Origin: Hypanus sabinus
Taxonomy: Eukaryota
Length of the DNA: 64,000 nt
Direction of reading: 5' to 3'
Assembly (NCBI RefSeq): GCF_030144855.1
Contig: NW_026781450.1
Span: 124,001-188,000, forward strand
Below the pieces are notes generated by a model, which was given only the letters and a program-made list of their open reading frames with translations, had not been told where the DNA came from and made no database searches. Positions within the stretch are counted from its first letter, which is position 1; every line of letters starts with the position of its first letter. Position numbers and translations under genes: made by a program. Positions 24,100-35,360 of the stretch are shown here, in pieces.

Positions 24100-25281
24100 G
24101 TAAGGAATATACGCAACGACGACGAATAATCAAATCTGATGTTCCCTGCTTCTATGATTTCATTCTTTCTGTCTCATTCTGTCTTATCCACTTTTGCACA
24201 TTATCTCTACTTCACGCTCACCTCCTTTTCCTGTAAGTATCATCATTATGGACCCGTGTTCCTCTGGCTCCTCATTTTCCGGCTTTGCTCTGCCATTATT
24301 TCCATGCTTGGCCTCTTTCAGAACTTCTCCACTCTCATTCTCGCGTTGCCTCGCTCTTTCGCTCCGAATGACTCTCTGCATTCTCGCTCTCCTTTATTCC
24401 CTGCCTCCCGCTCGCTCCACATCTCTCCTGTCCATCCTTCGCTCTCAACCTCGCCCACTCTGTTCCTACCATCTCAGCTTCCGCGGGGACCGTGTCTCGC
24501 CATTTTTCTCGCACCTCCCTCTTACGCTTCTCTCTCTCTCTCTACTCTACCTCTTCTCATTTCTTTATTTATCTCTCAGCCTTTCAATAGTTACCTCTCC
24601 TCGCTCCTTCCCCAGTTCGACTTCCTTTCACTGTGCACCGCCACATCGTTCCCGCATCCTCCCTATTTCTCTACCTCTATCCATAAACATCACTTTATCG
24701 ATTTCTCTATATCTCCAACTCATCTCTTCCTGGCGCGCTCAGGTTATTTCTCTGTCAAGTTCTGTTTTTTTTCTCTCTCTAACTGTCTGGTCCTCTCCCT
24801 AGAATGTTCAATAGACTATCGAAAAAGAACATGACAGAAAAATGAGAAAAGAAACCAGAACAGATCACAGCCAAGTAAAGCCCACGCCACCACCCCCACC
24901 CCACCCGATTACATTTCCTCAGGTATCCAAGGAAAGCCGCCTGGACGCCTCCGAACTCGTACACGCAGGCATACGGTTTTCATCAATCAGTGAGTCCGAC
25001 ACCCTTCATCAAGACCCCTGTTTCCGTTATTTAAGATTCAATTCGTCTTCGGTATTTTTCAACGAATGTAGTTAAATCTACCATTGGACAGACTGACGCA
25101 GCTGAGGGAGTTACCGCGTCGAAAACCACACGTTCAATTCTAAGCGGAGTTTGCACGTCCCACAGTAATCTTGTCGGGTTTTCCCCGGACGGAGAAATAT
25201 CACGTAGGTTCAATGGTTAGTTGGAGGTAAGAATGGTTCCCTTTGGCCAAATAGTAACTTCGGGGTTGAATATACGGCGGA

Positions 25282-25298
25282 GGCTGCAGGGGGCGCTG
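25282..25298 (+). promoter_or_regulatory. CTCF-like motif
   Basis: ggctgcagggggcgctg. Confidence 0.6.
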
Positions 25299-26830
25299 TT
25301 GCACCGTGAAACACTGGGGCTGAAGATCGCCGTGTCTATACGGCATCTGTTTTGATGGGGCTGTCTCGCTGGGGGGAAGATCGTTATTCCTTTCCTGACA
25401 ACAGATCCCGGCCTTGTTTAAACGAGGTATGCTGAGGTGACGGGTTTTCAGCTCAGTAACGAAGCCAACAGAGTTTGAAGATCGTCGAATTTATTTATGT
25501 GTTTGTCAGTACTTCCTAATTATCTATCTACTTACTTATCTATTACTTTATGTGTTTATTCTCTTACTTACTTAGTCACATACTCTCTTGTTTTTAAATA
25601 CCCTCCTTCAAGCCGCGCCACCCACCCATTTCAGAATTAACCTTCGCCTCATCCCGGCGCATTTTGCAACCAGCAATTAACCTAACCACCAGTACTTCGG
25701 TAGACTGCGGGAAGAAAGCGGAGCAGAGTGGCGGGACGCGGAAACTTCTTACAGACAGCGGCTTTACCTGATCTGCCTAATTTACCTCCCTCGCCACACT
25801 CCAGCTGATTTTTTACTCACACCCTACTCCTCTCTTCATTCACAATCTCTCCCTTCCGTCTTCTTTTTTTTTTCCTGATGCTTTTATTTCCCCCCCCCCC
25901 CACTTACAGCCGACCTCCTCACCCCATTCATAAACTTGCCTTTCACATCCAGTTCCGGTCACAATCCATCAGTGTTTCCTCTCTGAGCTCAAAAATGGCC
26001 CTTGTAGTTATGGACCGACTACCTTGTCAAACAAATTACATTCGACCTTTATAATAGTATAAACCCGTTTGTGAAAATAAGCCCGGCCGATCCATCCTCA
26101 ATTCATCTGCAGTCGTCCTATCCAGGATGCACTCCTATGAATATCTCCTCCTCTCTTCCTATTGTCGCAACACCATTCCTGTCCAAGTTGTGTGCAATAT
26201 TCCGGTTCTGGTCTAATCCACCTTCAGTTCATTACGACTTCTTTCACCTTACACTCAATGCCCTCCACAAGGAAAGGGACACCGTTTCTCCTTTCTCAGC
26301 GTCGATGGCAGAAGGACGGAGTAACGTCTCCTATGAGATGAAATAATTTTAGCATGGAATTATGGGCGGCGAAATTCACGGGGTAATTTTAATTGTAAAG
26401 GCGATCGAAAGCAAACAAATAAAAGAATGAAAGAAAATCCGGTGTTCCGGAAAAAAAATAAGTGTTCCATTTCTAAAGGCAGGAAGAGCGTCTCTTTTGG
26501 AAAACAGCAGGTAACGGAAAGTTTGTGACAGGGCAGAATCAAAAGAGCGTCTGTGCAATTAATTCTCATGGTCTCGATTCCGCCTCATATTCAGGTAAAT
26601 CGTTGTCAGTACGGGGCTTGTTGGAGAGTGCTGACTGTGCGTGACGTCACAGTGCTGATGTAAGAGCTGGCATCTTGCCAGAAGATTGGGCACCTGCTCT
26701 CTCACTGTTGTTACAAAACCCTTCTGCTTCCAGTCTGCATCGCGTTTCCTCTGTCAAATGCAAAGGTAGACAAGACGCGACCACAGAGCCAAGTGTGCTT
26801 GCTCAGTCAGGCCTTTTACAGGCAGTCTCG

Positions 26831-26869
26831 GGTTTTTGTCGAGCTCTCCCCTCTCGACGCGTAACTGTG
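26831..26869 (-). other. 23-RSS of V5
   Basis: CACAGTT (26869-26863), 23-nt spacer, consensus ACAAAAACC (26839-26831). Confidence 0.95.
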
Positions 26870-27165
26870 TAGACTCCAGGCGCAGAAATACACGGCCGAG
26901 TGATTCACCCTCAGGCTGTTGGTCACCAGTTTGTTCTCGTTATCTTTAAGCGCCTGCAGGGTAAATCCATCAACTTCCCCGTCTGGATTCCTAAAGTTAG
27001 CTCCGTAGCTGTAGAACATGAACTGCGGCCCCTGCCCCGGGTACTGGCGGTACCAGTACACGTTATAAGTGCTGCTGCCCTCCACGTTGCAGGATAGCGC
27101 CATCGGGTTCCCCAGAGATCCGGAAAAAGCCGGTGGAGACTGCCGGATAGTTTGTGAGTTCGCGG
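26870..27165 (-). CDS. TRBV: TCR V exon V5 (TCR-beta-like, CAWS family), intact
   Basis: Acceptor cttccccAG at 27167-27166; ANSQTIRQSPPAFSGSLGNPMALSCNVEGSSTYNVYWYRQYPGQGPQFMFYSYG..DGFTLQALKDNENKLVTNSLRVNHSAVYFCAWSL. Confidence 0.95.
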
Positions 27166-27507
27166 CTGGGGAAGAGAGGAACGGAGTATGACGTCAGTAG
27201 ACAGGTAGACACGGATCATGGAGAAAGGGAGCAAGGAAGCAGAGGATAAATGCGGGAAGCAGAGACATCTGGGGAAAAGAGAAAAAAATGGGAACGGTAC
27301 AGAGAGAGTGAGAGAATAGAATAAAATAAATATAATTGGATGGACAAAGTTGAAAACTAAATTGCAAACCGGCGCAACGATGAAAAAAGTGAGAAAGAAA
27401 AGCTAGAGAGCGTTGGAAAATTAAATATTTCAAGAATTAACGGAGCACAGAAAGGGTAATGCAGAATTGGTTGCTTAAACTACTCGGAAATTGAAGCTGT
27501 CCTTTAC

Positions 27508-27544
27508 CGTGAAACCAGATTAGCAGCTCCAATAACACGAACAT
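27508..27544 (-). CDS. TRBV: Leader exon of V5
   Basis: MFVLLELLIWFH G|gtaaag; 37 nt, phase 1. Confidence 0.9.
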
Positions 27545-27631
27545 CTTTCAACTTAGACAGTTTCCTCCAAGCGGAAGGGCGTTCGGAATGAACCACCTTT
27601 TGAATGCCCTGTCAGGGTGAACGGACAAAGC

Positions 27632-27655
27632 TCCGCCCCTCAACCATACGTCACT
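27632..27655 (-). promoter_or_regulatory. V5 promoter: decamer variant plus GC box
   Basis: AGTGACGTAT (27655-27646), about 100 nt upstream of the ATG; tccgcccct GC box; same layout as the V3 promoter. Confidence 0.7.
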
Positions 27656-28018
27656 GAGTAGCGACACTGGAAGCTTTGAGTTTCAATGGTGTATGGATCA
27701 ATTCATTTGCCGATCCGGATGTTATTCGAAAGGTCGGGCCCCATTCCAAGTTCAGAAGGACAGCGGGAGCGGGAACGACAACGGGGACACGACGATGTAA
27801 CTTCAATGTCTCACATTGAGTCATCGTACCGCTTTGGGAGGCGCAGAGGGGTATATAAGCAGGGAGGTACGGATTACGTTCAGCAGAAAGACAGAATTAC
27901 TTCGTATATGGTGGTCCCAAGTGCGACATTCCGTGTCATTCATAAATTACTAATAGCAGAGTTGTAGAATATGTATTACAGACGCTGACCTCAAGGCCCG
28001 AAAGTTTATTGTTTGAGA

Positions 28019-28034
28019 GGTCTAGATGGCAGCA
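28019..28034 (+). promoter_or_regulatory. CTCF-like motif
   Basis: ggtctagatggcagca matches the CCACTAGATGGCAGC class. Confidence 0.55.
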
Positions 28035-28539
28035 TCGTATACTAGTGCATTACTGAAAAAGACGCTTCGGTCTAAATTGCAAACTCCGATAAATAACTTC
28101 ATTACTCCCGTCATGCAAATTATAATCATGCCAGAAATTCGGCAGGGATGACGATTGTAGTGAACAGTGAAAGCGTATAGCACGGAATTCTCCAGAATGC
28201 AGCGAACTAAGCGAAGCAGAACTTGTTATATGGCAACGAACCATTTGGCTGCTCGTTAGATTTCGAGAATGGGATTAACAGGGCACGCAAACGCTTTACT
28301 CTGCGACCCTGCAGCTGAGACTTGTCAAACCTAAAGCCATATTCTCGTGTAGAGTGCCGCCCTGCGGCCGCAATAGGAACAACCCTGCCACAGCAGCTTG
28401 TGGAACGGAGACAGTCACGACTGCGACGGGATTATTCGGCCGAATGTGATGGTGCTGTGACAGAATAGACTACTAACCAGTAACCCTAACCATACACCTG
28501 TCTCTCTAAATGCCTGCAAGTAAATAAATATCAAGTTTA

Positions 28540-29090
28540 TCTCTGTTGTCACATACGTACTTCGATAATAAATTTATCTTGATTGGGACTTTGACTGCAT
28601 CGAGAACTGTAAAATCTCCGGAGCATACATGAGAAGCATCATCATTATTTTCCGTGGATAGGAGGGATAAACCCCAAATTATAGAATTTCATTCTGAGGG
28701 ACATCTGTTTACGCTCAAATGAAGTTAGCCACACGGAATGAGTTGTTGGAAGAAGTAGTATAATAGGGTACGTTTACCACATTCGGGCAGCTACACAGAT
28801 GGTATCGCTTCAAGGATGTATTGAGTAAGCGGATGCAAATAGAAGTAAAGTACACAGGCTCCCTTGTACTGTAACTCCAAACCAACAGAGGGCGCTCTAT
28901 AACAAAAAAACAGCGACATTGACTTCTGATTGGGAAGCTGCCGTCCAGCCACCCAGTCACCGCAACACACACGACCGGGTGTCCTGATCCAAAAAAATCA
29001 TGTCTCACGTGCGCTGACTGTGCTTGCCTCCATCTCTGACGGAGCGATTACGTGAAGCAGAGACATCAAAGGTCCAGGTGCAGTTCGTGC
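28540..29090 (+). repeat. Locally duplicated block X (paralog at ~31335-31860; CTCF part also at ~23085-23140)
   Basis: Shared strings tacgtacttcgataataaat, gggcgctc/tggcgctc..gacattg and atctc..acgga.cgat.ac.tg.agcaga.ac.tcaaag. Confidence 0.75.
28882..28897 (+). promoter_or_regulatory. CTCF-like motif with upstream-motif-like tgtaactcc
   Basis: ccaacagagggcgctc; a degenerate paralog at 31672-31688 is preceded by ctgtagtacc. Confidence 0.65.
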
Positions 29091-29705
29091 AATTATCTTG
29101 AAGATATCATCACAGGACACCGATAGAGGGATGGCCACAGGCAGACACATGAATAGAAAAAAAAAAAACTTACCCCAGCATCTCCTCTGTAACTACTTCA
29201 AACCGCATTAAAACTGCGCCTTCTCGTGCTTGTCATTGCAGCCCGGGGAAAAAGGCTCTGACTGTCCACCCGAGTAATGCATCTCATTATCTTGCACACC
29301 TCTATCAGGTCACCTCTCATCCTCCGTTGCTCCAAGATGTTCATTCAACCTATTCTCATAAGGCATGTTCCCCAAACCAGGCAACATTCTTGTAATTCTG
29401 CTCAGCACCCTTTCTATGGTTTCCATGTCCTTCCTCTAGTGATGAAACCAGAAATGTGCACAGTACTCCAAGTGTTGTTTGACCAGAGTCCTATACAGCT
29501 GCTACATTACCTCTCGGCTCTTAAACTCAATTGGTCCATTCGGAGATTTGTTTTTAAAGAATCATTTTCTTAATAGCAGATCAAATTAGCTGATTATGTC
29601 TCCGACTCAAAGACGTTCCCAAATCATTTGCTTAATAAAAGGCAGAATAATATGCCGTTATCAGTCACCTGACAATGAATTATTATTTCTTGAATGTTAA
29701 TCCAG

Positions 29706-29941
29706 TTTTGGCGGCTGCACCGCTCATTTCTCAATTGCTGTGGACGTATGTACTGTTGGTACTTGGCATTGTAGCTTTCTTAATATTTACCTAGATATTG
29801 CTGCCTAGGCCTAATTGTGTATTGTTATTCTGTAATGTCTTTCCGATGATACCAGTTGTAGATATTACTTTCGGAACAGCGGATACCTTATTCGTGTTCC
29901 AAACTCTTTCAATTTGCTCTTTCAATTCGGCATATTTCTGT
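29706..29941 (+). pseudogene. Decayed V4-family V relic (inverted orientation)
   Basis: Upstream intron homologous to the V4 intron; exon opens LAAAPLISQ (V4: LSAAPTVVQ); later tggtac (WY) and aat tcg gca tat ttc tgt (NSAYFC); deletions and stops; leader displaced by a CR1 at ~29160-29540. Confidence 0.6.
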
Positions 29942-30430
29942 TGATTTTTCACTTACAGACTTCTGCATGTTTTGTGTGATAAAAGGAAATTTTTTGTTGG
30001 AAGGCTGAAGAACATCTGCCAATCTGATTTCAAAAGTAAACATAAAGCAAAATTAATTCGATGTTCCGATATTAATATTATAATACCTTGAAAAAGCACG
30101 GAGAAAAAAATGAAAAATAACGGGGGCTTAAGCAATCCATAGATAAGACGGATGAGGTCATATCATCATCATCATCGAAAACGGGATTCAACGCTCCACG
30201 GGAGAGCATATAATTGTAATATGAAGTACACACCACTAATCCTAAATAAGATCATTACCGAGAGAAATGAAGGTAAAGTTAACCAATGGAAGATTATGAC
30301 GCTCCACTGAAAAAAAAAACCTTGATTTTACTAGCAACGAGGAATGGGGCCGAAGGGCTCCCTCTGCACCGCTTGATACATAAGTCCTGGCAATTGCTAT
30401 TACTAACCAAAGTAGACTATTAGTTTTCTA

Positions 30431-30438
30431 TGACGTCA
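30431..30438 (+). promoter_or_regulatory. Palindromic CRE (TGACGTCA) upstream of a V4-family leader
   Basis: Exact TGACGTCA; the region to the ATG aligns with the V4 promoter (gacgtcatatccgg versus ggcgtcatttccgg). Confidence 0.6.
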
Positions 30439-30566
30439 GCAGACGATCAATTGACAAACGTTATGCTCGGTCAGGCGTCATTTCCGGTGATAAATTCCAT
30501 CGACAAGAGTCCAGGTGAAAAAGGGAAGAGGGAGCTTTCGCTCCCAAACAGCGTTTCAGAAGGGCA

Positions 30567-30812
30567 ATGCATCTCCCCGCTGACGTGACCCTCGCTTTTC
30601 TCACCATATCCCTGACTCTCCCGGAACACTGTGAGTTTTATTTTGATTAATTATTTTTTTAGAGCGGGTCGAGTCAGCTGATATTATCACTGATTCAAAG
30701 ACGATTCCAGATCATTTGTTTTATAAAACGTGAATATTATGTCGTTACCAGCCAACTGACCATGAACTATTGTCTCTTACATCGTAATCCAGTATCGGCG
30801 GCTGCATCGACA
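30567..30812 (+). pseudogene. V4-family V pseudogene: intact leader, intron and first V codons, then interrupted by a LINE fragment
   Basis: Leader MHLPADVTLAFLTISLTLPEH T|gtgagt (30567-30630, 64 nt like V4); acceptor at 30791-30792; SAAAS then CR1 3'-type sequence from ~30815. Confidence 0.8.
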
Positions 30813-31000
30813 TTCAATATGATCTTGGCTGATCTCACCATGGACTCATCTACACCTACATGTCTTTTCTCCATAACCTCCACTAATATGAAATAAAATC
30901 TATCCAACCTTTTCTTAAATATGTTTACTGAGGGAAAATATGTTTATATGTTGTGGGAACGCTCTGATGGCACAGCGTTGACTTGCACAGAGAGCAGCAG

Positions 31001-31016
31001 GACACTAGGGGGTGTC
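31001..31016 (+). promoter_or_regulatory. CTCF-like motif
   Basis: gacactagggggtgtc resembles CCACTAGGGGGCGC. Confidence 0.45.
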
Positions 31017-31889
31017 ATTGAGCAGAAAGCTAAAGGAATAAAAGAAGACAGTTCACTGAAATTGGCACCGCGCAGGAAGAAAACTGGACGAACTCCTGGA
31101 GATCCACCGACCAATTCGAACCCGCGGAATTTCACTCATTAGGTCGCTAAACTGATTGTAGAGACGTCAGCCTCACTTGCAGGGACATGCAACGAATCTT
31201 CTTGGTATAATGTTTTTATTTGCACGAATTTTTAATTTTCCTTTCACAGTCTCAGGTTTTGTATGGTTATTCACGAATTTATGGTGTATTTCCCCGCAAA
31301 TACCCGTAGTTTAATAAATCTCAATGCCACTTGCGGTGTCATATACGTACTTCGATAATAAATATATTTTCACTTGACTTTGACTTTATCGAGACCTGTA
31401 AAAAATCTGGGAGCTTGCATAAGATGCCTCATCGTTATTTGCTGTGGTTCGGACAGGTTAACCTCAAATTACAGCAGATCATGTTGAGGGACATATGCTT
31501 GTACTCGGATAAAGTGTGATAGGTGGAATGAGTTGCTGCAAGACGAGGTAGAGAAGTTTACGTTTACTAGAGTCCTGCAGGGTCAGCAGTGGTAAAGCTT
31601 TCAAGACTTATTGAGGAAACGGAGGCAAATGGAATTACAATACAGAGGACCCTGTAGTACCATAACATCAAGCCGAAAAATGGCGCTCTTCGTCCAAAAC
31701 TGGCGACATTGTTTTCTGTTTTGTTTTTTCAGCTGCCTTTCACCCAAACAGTCAGCGCATCACACAAGACCAGGTGTTCTGAACCACCAGATTCCTATCT
31801 CACCTGCGCTCACTGCAGCTGCCTTCATCTCGTACGGAACGATCACATGGAGCAGAAACTTCAAAGATCTAAGTGCGGTTCACCTTAGG

Positions 31890-33330
31890 AAAGATGGCGC
31901 TGGAGTTTTAGAAAGTATCAGGTTGGATCAGTCGCCGGGACCGGATGAGACGTATCTCAGGTAACTGCAGGAGACAAGGGTGGAGATTGCTGAGCCTCTG
32001 ACGATGATTGCATCATCAATTGCGGCGCGAGAGATTCCGGAGAACTGGAGGCTTGCGGATGTTGTTACATTATTCAAGAAAGTGGGTACAGATAGCGCAG
32101 GGAATTACAGACCATTGAGACTTACTTCAGTGGTTGGTAAGTTAATGAAGACGATCGTGAGAGGCAGGATTTATGAACATTTGGAAAGGTATAATATGAT
32201 TAGGAGTAGTCAGCATGACTTTGACCAGGGCAGGTCATACATTACATCAGTAATAGAATGTTTCGAGGATTTAACTAAACATGGAGGTGAAGGAAGAGAA
32301 GTCGATGTAGTGTATATGGATTTCCGCAAGGCATTTAAAAAGGTACCCAATCAATGTCTTGTTGAGAAAGTACGGAGGGATGGGATCCATGGGGACATTG
32401 CTTTGAGGATCCAGAACTGGCTTGCACACCGAAGGCAAAGACAGTTTGTAGACGGGTTATATACTGCGTGCATGTCGGTGAACTGGAAATATGGGTTAGT
32501 AACCTTACTGATGACACAAAGGTTGGAGTATTTTGGATAGTGTGGAGATCTGTCAGAAGTTCCAGCGGGACATTGATTGGATGGAAACCTGGGCAGAGTG
32601 GTTGGAGATGGTGTTCAACCCAGATATGTGTGAAGTGGATCGTTTTGTTAGCTCAAATATAATGGCAGAATATAGTATTATTGGCAAGATTCTTGGCAGT
32701 TTCAAGGTTCGGAAGGATCCTGTGGTCCGAGTCCATAGGACGCTCAATGTCGCTGCGCACGTTGACTCTGTTGTCAAGAAGGCGTATGGAGCTTTCGCCT
32801 TCATCAGTCGTGGGATTGTGTTCAAGAGGCGAGAGGTTTCATTGCAGCGATACTGGACCCTGGTCAACCCCACTTGTAGTACTGTGCTCAGACTTAGACC
32901 CCTCACTACAGGAAGGATGTGGAAAACATAGATAGGGTGTAGAGCAGAGTTACATGTGTGTTGCCTGAATTGGGTTGCATGCCTTACGAGAACAGGTGTT
33001 TACTCCTTGGAGTGACGGAGGATAAGTGTTGACCTCATAGAGCTGTATAAGATGATGAGATACATTGATCATCTGGATAGTCAGAGACTTTATCCCAGGG
33101 TTGAAATGGCTATCAGGAGAGGGCACAGTATTAAGCTGCTGGTAGGTGGTAGTGGAGATGTCAGGTTACATTTTCCAGGTAGGGATTGGTGCTTACGTGT
33201 AATGACCTGCCGCTGACGGTGGTGAAGATAGATACGACAGGGTTTTTAAGATACTCCTGGATAGTCACATGAAGCTTAAAAAAATAGAGACTTATTGGTA
33301 ACACTAGCTAATTAATAAAGTAAATAATAA
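31890..33330 (+). mobile_element. CR1 LINE ORF2 (RT) fragment
   Basis: ORF 31980..32540: NWRLADVVTLFKK..GNYRPLRLTSVVGKLM..VDVVYMDFRKAFKKVP. Confidence 0.9.
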
Positions 33331-34109
33331 ATTAATAAAGTAAAGCTCGGCAAAAATTGTGGTCCGAAGTTCCGGTAATGTGTTGTAGACTTTCTGTTTT
33401 TCGATAATTGCTAACTAATCATTTCTGCTTGTAAAATGAGCATAACCTTCAATTTTCTCTATCGACCACTGTATTCCTCGGTATCTTTTAAAGGCCACTT
33501 ATCCTTATGCCTCGAACACCACAAAATGAAGTGCATCCCATGTACGCACTACTCTCTGTGTAAACGTCTTGCCCTTTCGAGGGCATTTGAACCTACCGCA
33601 TGAACATTGCCCGACGCTTTGTATATGTTTGCAAATAAATTATTTTGTGTCATCTGCAAGATTTTCAATTCCCTTATTTGCAGACATCCTAATCTGTTTT
33701 ATATATATATATCACAAATCCCAGAGGATTCACTCTCGGACATTAACTATGGACTGTTCTTTATGCGTTGTGATGAAAATGAGATTCCTGAGTTACAACA
33801 TAAAATCTCTCCATCAGAATCTGCCACCTACTGGCTGCATAAAAATCTACAAATCTACAAACAGCAGAGTTACTGAATTACCTGTGCACGGGCAGGTGTA
33901 TTGACAGTTATATACCCCCCGGGTTCATTCTTTCTGTGGTCTGTCACTTCAAAGAGACCGAGAGAATTAAGATTGACGTTGAGATACACCTGGATTTCTG
34001 CAGACTCTAAAATTTGCTACATTGCTATAGTGAGTGAGATGGCGTCATTTGGTGGGACATGAATGTTTACATTTTCCTGCGGCTTGTTTTCGCATATACA
34101 ATGACATAG

Positions 34110-34960
34110 AGACAGACTGTCAGAGTCTAGATCAATTTGCTGAATCCGAGACACCAGTGAGTATGACGCTGGTGTAAACATTCAGTCGCCAAAATGGATA
34201 AGTTGAGATCGATCCAGTGTATCAATGAATGACTCTCACAAGTCGCAGGAAGTAGAAGAAGGTTGCAGAGAGGAGAAGAGGGGAAGGTTTCAAAGAGAGG
34301 AAACCATGTGACAAGGAGATCACTGTTTGGACTCTGTCTTCAAGCAGCCAGTGAGGATGAGTTCGTTTCCATTCGGATAGGAAAGTGTGCTTGTCACAGT
34401 GTTAATCCGCAGGAGGGGTTTCTCTGTTGGGGTGAAAAGTTTTGTGGATACCACGTATGTGTTTACCTTTGTCTGGGCGTGGTAGTTCACTGAAGAAAGG
34501 CACCCTTTGTGGAAAACCACTGTTGGAGATTATTCGTAGGTCGTGGATACGGAGATGTAGCTATCACGAGTGCGATTGTGGTAACCTTGAGGAATATAAC
34601 GGCGTGTCCACCCTTGCCTGGATGGTGGAAACCTTGAAGACGTCAGACTTGTGATAAGCTACTGTTAGCAATGTTTCGTGTGGGGATTCAGAGAACAACA
34701 AGAATATCGACGTCACCTGTTTGTTTGGATTACAAATTCATCTCACTTACTTCAATGTATGTGCATTTAAACTAAACAGAAATTTCTGACACACCATCGT
34801 AAGACTGTAACACTTGCCACCTGATCTTGAATAAGTTTGGGAACTTTAATTTTTTACACACCTATATATGCATAACACTATATTTAAATTACTATATTAC
34901 ATAGTTACTAACAAAATAGTGATAGTTAATAGCAAAATCAGACTCCAGGTGTGTTCTATT
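34110..34960 (+). mobile_element. LTR-like interspersed repeat, copy 1 of 3
   Basis: Homologous to ~46360-47450 and ~58670-59530 (gtgacaaggagatcactgtttggac..gtgataagct..gactccaggtgtgttct); no coding capacity. Confidence 0.6.
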
Positions 34961-35360
34961 GCTGAAAGCGGAGACTTTAACTCTGTTCAGGATAACCAGT
35001 CTTCTTGAACGGTTGAAAGGCAGGAGCTCCTGGTACAAACATCCCTCGCTAGTGGCAAGAGAAGGAGCTGCATCGGGCATACCTGAGCAGGCATTCGGGA
35101 CTCACGGAATACGGCAGGGCACAACAGTTGTTTCGTGATTGTGATGTTAAGGCGTCGCATGCAAATAAGGGTAGAATCACCCACTTGGTGGAACTGAGAG
35201 AGACATTACAGGGAACCCGTGAGGAAATTAATCTGGAAAGAGCAGAGTGCAGGCAGACTGGGACACTGCTTTTTCCTGTTGGTGCTGGAGGGATGAAGTG
35301 CGGGAGCTAATCGCGGCTGGCAACAGCCGCAGTGGATTGCACATGGGTTATTTCGGGGAG

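Noticed and set aside
24139-24834. Long ORFs of 231 and 202 aa rich in Ser, Leu, Pro and Phe
   Set aside because: Stop-poor CT-rich intronic sequence after the orphan leader; no domain features
26071-26346. ORF with FHLTLNALHKERDT, faintly like V FR3
   Set aside because: No Cys, WYxQ, YxC or RSS in register; similarity too weak to support
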